Shown here piece after piece: positions 16,375 through 24,396 of a stretch of 64,000 bases of DNA. Under the pieces are notes generated by a model. It did not search any database, was not told where the DNA came from, and saw only the letters and a list, made by a program, of their open reading frames with translations. Position 1 is the stretch's first letter. The number at the start of each line of letters is the position of its first letter. The stretch covers positions 124,001 through 188,000 of IMG/VR virus record IMGVR_UViG_3300042934_000594; one strand, 5' to 3'. Made by a program: the position numbers and the translations under genes.

Positions 16375-17943
16375 TTAGGCTGCTTGTTTCATGGCACCGC
16401 CGCCCCACCAAGCGTCACCGCCTTCATCATCGTCATCGCCCAGTTGTCCACCCCCAACAGACGCCAGGGTGAATTCCTCTTCTTTGTCGATGTCCCACTG
16501 CAAGAAGCCCACCGGCCAGAACGGCAGGATAACGCCTTGGTCTTTCTCAGCAGTGATGGTGTTACGGTGTTTACCGCGTTGCATGGTCAGGTAAGCTTTG
16601 CCATTGATGCGCACAATGTGCAGGAAGATTTCCAGGTCCGGTTCTTGACCCAGTCGTTTACAGCCGTCGTAGTAACCTTTGTTGGCGACAACCTTCACAA
16701 AGTCTTCAACGTTGTCACGGGTCAGCTGCATGGCCTCAGAGGACAGCTGATGGGGAGTAATACAGGTGATACCCCGTGGAGAGGTGTAGTTACGGATACG
16801 GCGGAACAGCAGGCGAATGTCATCGCCAGCAATCTTGGCGTCGATACCGGTCTTGCTCAACATGTTGAGGTAGTCGATCAACAGCGCTTGGATCTCGTAA
16901 CCTTCGGCACGCAAACCGTCCAGGAACTGCGTGAAGCCCGCCGCGGTAAACTCAGTCGGGTCAAAGCGTTCCATCTTGACTTCAAAGCCCGACTCACGCA
17001 GACGTGCAGAGACGTAGGCCGATGCTTCGTTGATATCGATGTCACCGGCTACTACAGGTTGACCGGTCTCGGACTCTTTAAGGTAGGTGTAGAGCCACAA
17101 GAGGTTATCGGGGATCTCGTTCTCAAACGTCACGAACAAAATCAAGGGTGTTAGGGTCTTGTCACGCAGCCAGGGTTTGTTGAACAAACAGAACTGTGCA
17201 AGCAGAGAGAGCATAAAGCCCGATTTAAAGTGGTGCTGAAGTGCGGAGATCAAAACGAACTCGCCGCGCTTGAACGCCCCCACCTTACCCAACATTCGGT
17301 TCAGGCCTTTCCACCCCGAACGCAACGCACCCTCTGTCGAGAGTAGGGTTTTAACGTCAGTGAAGTACTGGCCGACTTCGTCAGTGTTGCCAAAGTCAAC
17401 ACTGCCCATCATCGCCGGGTGCTTACTGCGGCTCTTGGCAGCGATCAGAGGTTGGAGCTTTTCACCCATATCGGTAATAAAGCCCACCACGTCTGTGATG
17501 GCGCCTCGCTTAAAGGCCAGTTGGTGACTGTATTCTTTGATGATGTTCGCAATCGACTGATCGGTCAGGTACTGCTGCATGTTGCCGCGGTAGCTGTGGA
17601 TCAGTTTGATGACGTCTTTGATCTCAGGCATTGGGGTGAGCAACACCGACGCCACCGACTCGTACAGAAACGATTCTTCCCGGCAGCTGATCTGAAGCAG
17701 TTGCATCAACTCAGGCTCACTGGGGAAACCGTCTTCGTGACGGGAGTTCAACCACAGTGCAGACTTGCGCAATTCTAAGAAGGTTTGACGACCATGGTCA
17801 AAGTCGACAGTGCCTTCAGGCAACGGTAAGGATTCAATGATCTGAGCGATCAGCTCATTAGAAGGAGAAGTGGCCACCCCCGGGCGGTGTTCCAAACACA
17901 GTAATGTGATGCAGTTAATAAGAAGCTGCTTGGGTGAAAACAT
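16375..17943 (-). CDS. dnaB: DnaB-like replicative helicase (phiKZ gp118-like)
   Basis: SGWKGLNRML before the P-loop region, GEFVLISALQHHFKSGF (divergent Walker A), LFVTFEN, LLIDYL Walker B, ITPHQLS, RGKHRN; located upstream of the capsid gene as in phiKZ. Confidence 0.85.
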   Translation of the reverse strand: MFSPKQLLINCITLLCLEHRPGVATSPSNELIAQIIESLPLPEGTVDFDHGRQTFLELRKSALWLNSRHEDGFPSEPELMQLLQISCREESFLYESVASVLLTPMPEIKDVIKLIHSYRGNMQQYLTDQSIANIIKEYSHQLAFKRGAITDVVGFITDMGEKLQPLIAAKSRSKHPAMMGSVDFGNTDEVGQYFTDVKTLLSTEGALRSGWKGLNRMLGKVGAFKRGEFVLISALQHHFKSGFMLSLLAQFCLFNKPWLRDKTLTPLILFVTFENEIPDNLLWLYTYLKESETGQPVVAGDIDINEASAYVSARLRESGFEVKMERFDPTEFTAAGFTQFLDGLRAEGYEIQALLIDYLNMLSKTGIDAKIAGDDIRLLFRRIRNYTSPRGITCITPHQLSSEAMQLTRDNVEDFVKVVANKGYYDGCKRLGQEPDLEIFLHIVRINGKAYLTMQRGKHRNTITAEKDQGVILPFWPVGFLQWDIDKEEEFTLASVGGGQLGDDDDEGGDAWWGGGAMKQAA

Positions 17944-18061
17944 CGTGGGTGTTCCTAATGTGAGGTTCCTAGAACTGTATGATTCCAGCAGTCAGTAGTT
18001 TTTCATATGTCTATTCATATGACATTGACGCTGACGTCCCCATCACTCTATAGGTGTCACC

Positions 18062-18574
18062 ATGCCTGTGCTAATGGTAATTCCTCATGATGTAGCGGTC
18101 ATGATGAAGGAAGAGGGGATTTCGTTTTCGCGGCTCGGTGACATCAACTATATAGCGGAACATCTGTCCGCTGTAGATATCGCTGATATTCACCAGGCGC
18201 TGAGCGATTTCCCGTTTGCGTTCTCTCCAGAACTGGGGATTACGCTGGCTGATTCACCTCTGGCGGCGCTTGCCGCAGAAGAATCATTGCAAGATTTGCA
18301 CTATCGTGTGAATGGACGTATTGAGACGAACTCAATGCGGCGTGGATCTGACGCGGAGAAACTACCGCACGTTTTTACGCTTAATCCTGTGGAAGAGAAT
18401 CTTTGGGTCGCAGTGCAGCAGAGGTTGCACAAAGAACCAGGCGATCCTAGTCGGCTCTTGCTGAAGTCCAATCGAGGCTTTTTCGACAGCTTGATTGGCC
18501 AAGCATTGCACACCATGCCCTTCGAGCGCATGTGTTCTACCAATCTTTTCACCTATTATTTAGGTTCACTGTGA
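18062..18574 (+). CDS. Conserved hypothetical protein (phiKZ gp119-like by synteny)
   Basis: 170-aa ORF between the helicase and the capsid gene. Confidence 0.55.
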   Translation: MPVLMVIPHDVAVMMKEEGISFSRLGDINYIAEHLSAVDIADIHQALSDFPFAFSPELGITLADSPLAALAAEESLQDLHYRVNGRIETNSMRRGSDAEKLPHVFTLNPVEENLWVAVQQRLHKEPGDPSRLLLKSNRGFFDSLIGQALHTMPFERMCSTNLFTYYLGSL

Positions 18575-18641
18575 CCCGGTCTCAGTGTTTCTAAGTGACT
18601 GCTTAGCGGCATTGAACAACTCCTACGTAGGAACACCATCC

Positions 18642-20852
18642 ATGGATAAGCTGAAGCAACTCTTTCTGGGCCGTAAGAATGGCGCCGTAGCCGCCAACTT
18701 CTCGGTTCAGGCATTCGTCAAAACTCTGAACGACCAAGGCACTGCCGTTGGTAGCGTTCTGGCGGTAAACCCGGGTCTGACGCAGTCGATTGGTACCGAA
18801 GCATTCGGCGACATCGGTGGCGAAGAAGCAAACGCAGTTGCCGACCTGTACAGCGGTATCAGCGACACCATTCGCGACCTGGGCTTTGAAGCCTTCGCAA
18901 CCCAGCACAAGATCCCTGCCCGCGTTCAGGAAAACCAAATCCTGGCCGCTTCCATGGCTGCGATCGCTGCTGGCGACGAACAGCGCTACAAGAAAGCGCT
19001 GCGCGGCATGGGCAATGCCAAGGCTCTGGGCGCCAACCAGTTCGCTGGTAACCCACAGCTGGCCGGTCCTTTCGGTTCGATCGAAGTCTTCAAGGATTCG
19101 ACCGGTCTGGAAAACTACAACGAGAAGTCGCAGCGCGATTTCCGTGTGGTCACCATCGGCTACAACCTGACCGCTGTTCGCCAAGACCCCTTCGGCGAAG
19201 CGATCTACCCAACTTCCGTCGTTAACCCGACTGAAGGCGGCGTTGTTCAGATCCTGCCATACGCAGTGGTCATGAAAGACGTGTTCCACGCAGTCACTGG
19301 CCAGCGTCTGGCCAACGAAGAAATCAACATGGTTGAAGCCTTCCGTGATCCTTCGATCCTGGAAGACGTGTCCACTTCGCTGACTCCAGTAGTCGACGAG
19401 AAAGGCACCAACCTGAACGTCTTCGTTCCGGCTACTCTGATCGCGCCGAAGCCGGTTGAAACCGACCACGGCGGCACGCTGATGACGGCTCCGCTGAAAA
19501 TCGGCGCCAAGTTCGACCTGATCGGCGTTTCGAACCGCAACCAGCTGGTAGCTGGCAACGTTCTGGACGTGACCGACACCATCGACCCAGCTCTGAAGCT
19601 GAAGTCGATCATCGTCACCATCCAGGGCAAAGCTCACCGCTTCCAGACTGACCGCATCCCAACTGCGGTGTTCCAGCCTGCGCTGATCGGCGACACCCGT
19701 ACTGCCCAGCTTCACTTCACCAGTGAAGACCTGGTTCTGAACGGCGACATCCGCGCTGTCGACGGCTCCACCGTCACTGGCATCACCGAGTTCGCCAACC
19801 GCAAGTGGACTGCTCGCCTGAGCGTTTCCCTCAGCGGTTCGATCAGCACCTCCAAAGGCGACTGCTGGATCACTGCGACCCCGGTCATCGTTGAGAAGCT
19901 GTTCGACGAAACCGGCGACAAGCTGGACCAGACTGCTGGCGACGCTGAAACCGTCCTGGAAACTCTGGGCGAGATCGTTGTAGTTGGTTACGAGCTCGAC
20001 GCTCGCTTCACCAACACCAACCGTCGTGAGCGCGGTCACCTGCTGCAAACTCGTGCGCTGCAATTCCGCTACTCGATCCCGATGCACGCTCCGATCACCC
20101 TGCCGCTGTCCACCATGGACGACGAAGGTCCGGGCGAAGTCGTGAAGGCGCTGACTGTTGCCACCAACATCCGCAACTCCAACAACGCGGTCACCCGCGT
20201 GCTGAACTACACCGCACAGCTGAAAGAAGTTGTCGGTAACGGTTTCGACCGTCCGAAGTTCGGCGCTGTTGAAGGCGCGCTGTCGGCACTGATGCGTCCG
20301 ACCTACCGCTACAAGAAGCTGGATCTGGTCCAGGCACTTGACACCATCCGTTCGAGCGATCGTTGGGATGACGTTACTTGCGCGATCATGAACTGCATCA
20401 AGTCGATGCTGTTCCCAGCGTACCGCGATTCGAACATCGAAGCGGTGTTCCGCACCGTGACCGGTAACCAAGACGAGCGTCCGAAGTTCATTCTGGCGAC
20501 CGACAAGGAAATCGCGAACTACCTGATGACGTCGGGCGACGACCGTACCATCGGTCCGTACCTCAAGTACGACATCGTGTCCACCAACAACATCCGTTTC
20601 GACGGTAAGTTGCTGGTCCTGCCAACTCGCGAGAACCCATCCGAAAACGACATCCTGTCCTTCGGTCAGTTCTACTACGTGCCGACCATCGTTGCTGACC
20701 TCAACATCAGCCGCAACGGTCAGGTATCGCGCGAGATCGCTGCCGTGCCGTTCAACCTGCACGTGAACAACATCCCATTCGTTCTGGAAATCGACATCGT
20801 CGGTCTGAAAGAAGTCATGGGCTCTTCGTTGTACAACAGCAAGCTGGGCTGA
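18642..20852 (+). CDS. Major capsid protein (phiKZ gp120-like)
   Basis: ATG 18642 after AGGAA; 736 aa; extreme codon bias; propeptide with GTE/GFE/GLE sites (TGLE-NYNEK); size and synteny with the helicase and RNAP genes match. Confidence 0.9.
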   Translation: MDKLKQLFLGRKNGAVAANFSVQAFVKTLNDQGTAVGSVLAVNPGLTQSIGTEAFGDIGGEEANAVADLYSGISDTIRDLGFEAFATQHKIPARVQENQILAASMAAIAAGDEQRYKKALRGMGNAKALGANQFAGNPQLAGPFGSIEVFKDSTGLENYNEKSQRDFRVVTIGYNLTAVRQDPFGEAIYPTSVVNPTEGGVVQILPYAVVMKDVFHAVTGQRLANEEINMVEAFRDPSILEDVSTSLTPVVDEKGTNLNVFVPATLIAPKPVETDHGGTLMTAPLKIGAKFDLIGVSNRNQLVAGNVLDVTDTIDPALKLKSIIVTIQGKAHRFQTDRIPTAVFQPALIGDTRTAQLHFTSEDLVLNGDIRAVDGSTVTGITEFANRKWTARLSVSLSGSISTSKGDCWITATPVIVEKLFDETGDKLDQTAGDAETVLETLGEIVVVGYELDARFTNTNRRERGHLLQTRALQFRYSIPMHAPITLPLSTMDDEGPGEVVKALTVATNIRNSNNAVTRVLNYTAQLKEVVGNGFDRPKFGAVEGALSALMRPTYRYKKLDLVQALDTIRSSDRWDDVTCAIMNCIKSMLFPAYRDSNIEAVFRTVTGNQDERPKFILATDKEIANYLMTSGDDRTIGPYLKYDIVSTNNIRFDGKLLVLPTRENPSENDILSFGQFYYVPTIVADLNISRNGQVSREIAAVPFNLHVNNIPFVLEIDIVGLKEVMGSSLYNSKLG

Positions 20853-20927
20853 AAAAGTACCGCCCGGTTACTTGAGTCCGGGGCAACTCGGACTCTTGAG
20901 GATGGGCGTGTGCGCCTACTCGAGTGA
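20853..20927 (+). other. In-frame 24-codon extension after the capsid UGA (candidate readthrough tail) containing a GCAA-tetraloop hairpin
   Basis: TGA-AAA-AGT-ACC-GCC-CGG-TTA-CTT-GAG... gives KSTARLLESGATRTLEDGRVRLLE-stop; 15/21 identical to the C-terminus of ORF 45579-46127. Confidence 0.7.
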
Positions 20928-20928
20928 C

Positions 20929-20968
20929 CATAATAAAAGCCCGGCTTCGGCCGGGCTTTTATGCCGTC
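20929..20968 (+). terminator. Capsid-operon terminator followed by TATGCCGTC
   Basis: AAAAGCCCGGC-TTCG-GCCGGGCTTTT-ATGCCGTC, located after the extension's stop codon. Confidence 0.8.
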
Positions 20969-20983
20969 TCAATGTATTTAAAA

Positions 20984-21007
20984 TGAGGTCTATATCATTC
21001 TTGAGAG
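20984..21007 (+). promoter_or_regulatory. Degenerate copy of the early promoter motif
   Basis: ATGAGGTC-TATATCAT-TCTT-GAGA, same spacing as the four copies, AT-rich upstream. Confidence 0.45.
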
Positions 21008-21031
21008 CATTGACCCAATAGGAGCACACTC

Positions 21032-21511
21032 ATGGGTTATTTATCCGAACTCGGACGACGCTTCCTCGCACAAGAGGAAAACTCCGAGTCACCCAGCGCC
21101 ACATTTGCAAGCGATGGCCCATCACCATCACCCCCCTCTAACGAACCCACTCCAGTAGAAATTCCCATCGCTGAAGAAAATACTCCACCGCTCAATACTA
21201 CAGGTGTCAGTCCTGCCGTTATGTCCGGTTCTGGAACAGCAACCCATGTTCGCCCACCGGGTGGGCGTGCGGTCCCTGCTGGTCAAGAGCGAGATGCGTT
21301 AATCGCGCGTCTTGAGGAGGCCAACTTCGGAAAATCTACTAGGCGAGGAACAGGCTCAACCCAAGCCCACTTCTGCTCCTCGCCTCAAACCCAGTGGCAA
21401 GAAAATACTGCATCGCACCGGAACGAAGGCAGGGCGCAACTTCCGCCCGACCTGAGTATCGCGCAACGGCAGTCCACTTTCTTCTCAGTGACAGCGGACG
21501 GACACCGATGA
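21032..21511 (+). CDS. Hypothetical, probably disordered Pro/Ser/Thr-rich protein
   Basis: AGGAG RBS; 159 aa; its TGA directly precedes the next in-frame ATG. Confidence 0.5.
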   Translation: MGYLSELGRRFLAQEENSESPSATFASDGPSPSPPSNEPTPVEIPIAEENTPPLNTTGVSPAVMSGSGTATHVRPPGGRAVPAGQERDALIARLEEANFGKSTRRGTGSTQAHFCSSPQTQWQENTASHRNEGRAQLPPDLSIAQRQSTFFSVTADGHR

Positions 21512-22729
21512 ATGAGTAGAGACATCAAACACCTGTTTGCGTCTCGCGTCTCTGACAACCTACTCGCTTATAAAGGAACATCCGGGCTGACCGTGACCAG
21601 CACACGGTTCGAGATTGTCTCCACGATGCGTGCAGCCATCTTCTGGCGTAACTCCCTAGGCTTAACGGTGATCGAAGCCCCAGCGGCTTCACCGAGCGCC
21701 GCAGAGGGGTTTTACGTCAACATCACCTACGAGTTCGAACAGGGTGTGAAGATTGATGCGCGGGAGCTGATCAACGAACTGCGGGTACCGGAGAACAGCG
21801 CGGTACGCAAAGAACTTTATGCCGCCTTGCAGAACCTGGAAAGCAAACCAGCCTGGGGGGTGCAGCGTAATTTCAAATACACATTAGGCATCTCCAGACA
21901 AGAGCTGGATGACGCCAACGGTGTTGTGTACTTGCGTGACCTGGATTTGGTTGTTGGCTACGAACGATATTGCGCAGAGGCGTTACACCCGTACACCAAT
22001 GCTGGGGTACTCAGCATGCTCAGCGACACCGTGGACCGCTCTGAGAAGGGCTTCTTCCAACGGTACTTGCTGGTCGACAACAACCAACGTGGTGGTTCAC
22101 GTTGGATCAACACCTGGTTTGGGGTTTACGAGCTCAAGCCAATCAGCGATCCACAATTAGAAGATGGCGTGTACGTCATCGTCAAAGATCAATCCCACGC
22201 CGAACCTCAGACGACTCATCTGAAGATGGAGGACGCGGTTCAGCAACTGGGCTTGTACGTAAGCCGACTCGAGGCGGAGACGTTTGGTCGCCCCGACAAG
22301 CTGTTTGAAGCGGAGCTTAAGCAACACGAACGGGAATTGCTTCAAGAGAAGGCGGACTTCGCACAACTCAAGCAGACGCTGGAGCGTGAGAAGCATGACT
22401 TGCAAATGGATCGTGAACGGCATGACTCAGCGGTAAAAGCCGAAGAGCACCGCATGCGCATGGAGCGGGATCGATTTGATGAGCAGGTCAAGCGACAAGA
22501 AGACCGAGCAGCTCGAGAGCGTGACCAGTGGAAGGCCGAGCAAGATACATTTACATTCGAAAGGAAGCGCCGGTTCGAGCGCGAGCAATACGACTACGAA
22601 GACCGTTCTCGAGAACGGAAAGAAGAGTCGGAGTACGTTAAGGCTGGTTTAGACATTGCGAAAGCAGTGTTGGGGATACTCACTGTTAGTCTGTCTATCT
22701 ACGCAGTAATGCAGAAGAGCAAAAAGTAG
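21512..22729 (+). CDS. Conserved protein with C-terminal coiled coil and hydrophobic tail (phiKZ gp122-like by synteny)
   Basis: 405 aa; long E/R/K-rich coiled coil ending in IAKAVLGILTVSLSIYAVM. Confidence 0.6.
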   Translation: MSRDIKHLFASRVSDNLLAYKGTSGLTVTSTRFEIVSTMRAAIFWRNSLGLTVIEAPAASPSAAEGFYVNITYEFEQGVKIDARELINELRVPENSAVRKELYAALQNLESKPAWGVQRNFKYTLGISRQELDDANGVVYLRDLDLVVGYERYCAEALHPYTNAGVLSMLSDTVDRSEKGFFQRYLLVDNNQRGGSRWINTWFGVYELKPISDPQLEDGVYVIVKDQSHAEPQTTHLKMEDAVQQLGLYVSRLEAETFGRPDKLFEAELKQHERELLQEKADFAQLKQTLEREKHDLQMDRERHDSAVKAEEHRMRMERDRFDEQVKRQEDRAARERDQWKAEQDTFTFERKRRFEREQYDYEDRSRERKEESEYVKAGLDIAKAVLGILTVSLSIYAVMQKSKK

Positions 22730-22750
22730 TAGTTCACCTTGGAGCATGAC

Positions 22751-24376
22751 ATGGATCCTGAACTTATCAAGCGGATATTGGCGAGCACACCCGCCTTCAA
22801 CCAATCCATCGCCGATGGCTTAGCAGTGGAACACATGATGCGCGTCGATCCCGATTCCGGGAAGAACAGCACCATGGCATTTGTTGACCGCCTGATTCAC
22901 ATCAACAAAGCGTTGTTCCCCGAAGGGCTTCGTTACGAGGGCAGCGAAATCTGTTCCCCGTACAAGCACTTCGAGGAGATCACACGTGAGTACCAATCAA
23001 AGCGTGTGGCCAACATCGCCAAAGCTGATGTGTACCTCTCCAAGTACGAGTTCAGCTATTTCGGAGAAAAACTGTTCCCACGGTACGTCCTCCTGCCGTT
23101 TGTACGGCCAGGTGGGTTGACCAACCTCAACGGGGCGTTGTACAACATCGCCCCAGTGTTGACTGATGTGGGTTACTCGGTTTTACGGGGCAGCATCTTT
23201 ATTCCGTTCCGCCGGACTAAGCTGACGTTCAACCGTACGGACCACCACTTCTTCACAGACGGTCGTCGCACGATCATCTACGTGATCTGGAGTATGGTTC
23301 ACAACGAGATGGGCAACCGCACTAAACGTGACCTGAACAACCGGCGCAAGATTGAGTCGTGCTTGGCGCACTACTTCTTCTGCGAGTTCGGTGTGATTGG
23401 TGCGTTTAAGCAATGGGCAAAAACCGATCTGATGATTGGGCTGCGGGAGAACTTCAACGAAGCCAACTACCCGCGTGCACAGTGGACGATCTATGAATCG
23501 GTAGGGCTGAAGGGCCGTCATCCAGCAGGTGACATCTGCTTGGTGATTCCTAAAGACCAAGAGACCGAGTTTGTGAAGATGTTGGTGGGCGGGTTCTTCT
23601 ACGTCGCTGACACCTTCCCGGACATGTTCACTAACCCTGAACATATCGACAACCCCAAACTGTGGCAGGGTATCCTGGGCCACATGGTCTTTGGGGATTT
23701 CGAACACGCCGGTAAAGTGCTGGAGAACATCGAGACTCACCTGCATGGCTTTAACAACTCGCTGGACGAAATGACCATCGAGGAGTTGGGCAGCGCTGGT
23801 GTGCACGTGAACACGATCTGGGAATTGCTGTACGAGATCATGACATCGCTCTCGCACAACTTCTACCAGTCCAGCCATGAAGAAACATCCATGTACAACA
23901 AGCGCCTGGTGGTGCTGCGTTACGTCATGGAGGAATTCAACTACGCGATCAGTCTGTTTGCGTACGGATTCCAAAGCCGTCGGGATCGCCAGTGGACGGT
24001 GAATGAGATCAACGAAGCGCTCAAGCGCACGTTCAAGCTCAATACCTGCATCCGTAAGCTCACCTCTGAGCACGGTGAGTTGGATACGGTGAACTACCCT
24101 GGGGACAACAAGATGCTACGTATCACCAGCATGTTGGTGCCTCAAGACCGCGCTCGTAAATCCCGTGGTCACAACAAAGGGCTGATTGGCGACACCAGCC
24201 GCCTGCTCCATGCATCCATTGCTGAAGTAGGTCAGTACAAGAACCAACCCAAGAACAACCCTGACGGTCGAGCCCGCCTGAACCCACACGCACAAGTGGG
24301 ACTGGATGGCATGATTGAACGACGTCCAGAGGTTGCTGCACTTATCGACAAGACGCAAAGACGTCTCAGCCGCTAA
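22751..24376 (+). CDS. Non-virion RNA polymerase beta subunit, N-terminal part (phiKZ gp123-like)
   Basis: About 540 aa two genes after the capsid gene; LPFVRPGG...LNGALYNI.PVLTD segment; C-terminal LHASIAEVGQY...GRARLNP resembles the beta fork-loop region; ATG 22751 after GGAG. Confidence 0.75.
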   Translation: MDPELIKRILASTPAFNQSIADGLAVEHMMRVDPDSGKNSTMAFVDRLIHINKALFPEGLRYEGSEICSPYKHFEEITREYQSKRVANIAKADVYLSKYEFSYFGEKLFPRYVLLPFVRPGGLTNLNGALYNIAPVLTDVGYSVLRGSIFIPFRRTKLTFNRTDHHFFTDGRRTIIYVIWSMVHNEMGNRTKRDLNNRRKIESCLAHYFFCEFGVIGAFKQWAKTDLMIGLRENFNEANYPRAQWTIYESVGLKGRHPAGDICLVIPKDQETEFVKMLVGGFFYVADTFPDMFTNPEHIDNPKLWQGILGHMVFGDFEHAGKVLENIETHLHGFNNSLDEMTIEELGSAGVHVNTIWELLYEIMTSLSHNFYQSSHEETSMYNKRLVVLRYVMEEFNYAISLFAYGFQSRRDRQWTVNEINEALKRTFKLNTCIRKLTSEHGELDTVNYPGDNKMLRITSMLVPQDRARKSRGHNKGLIGDTSRLLHASIAEVGQYKNQPKNNPDGRARLNPHAQVGLDGMIERRPEVAALIDKTQRRLSR

Positions 24377-24396
24377 TACCACATGTAGAGGTACTT

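Noticed and set aside
18603-20762. 719-aa antisense ORF over the capsid gene
   Set aside because: Shadow of strong codon bias on the sense strand; no RBS and no protein-like motifs.
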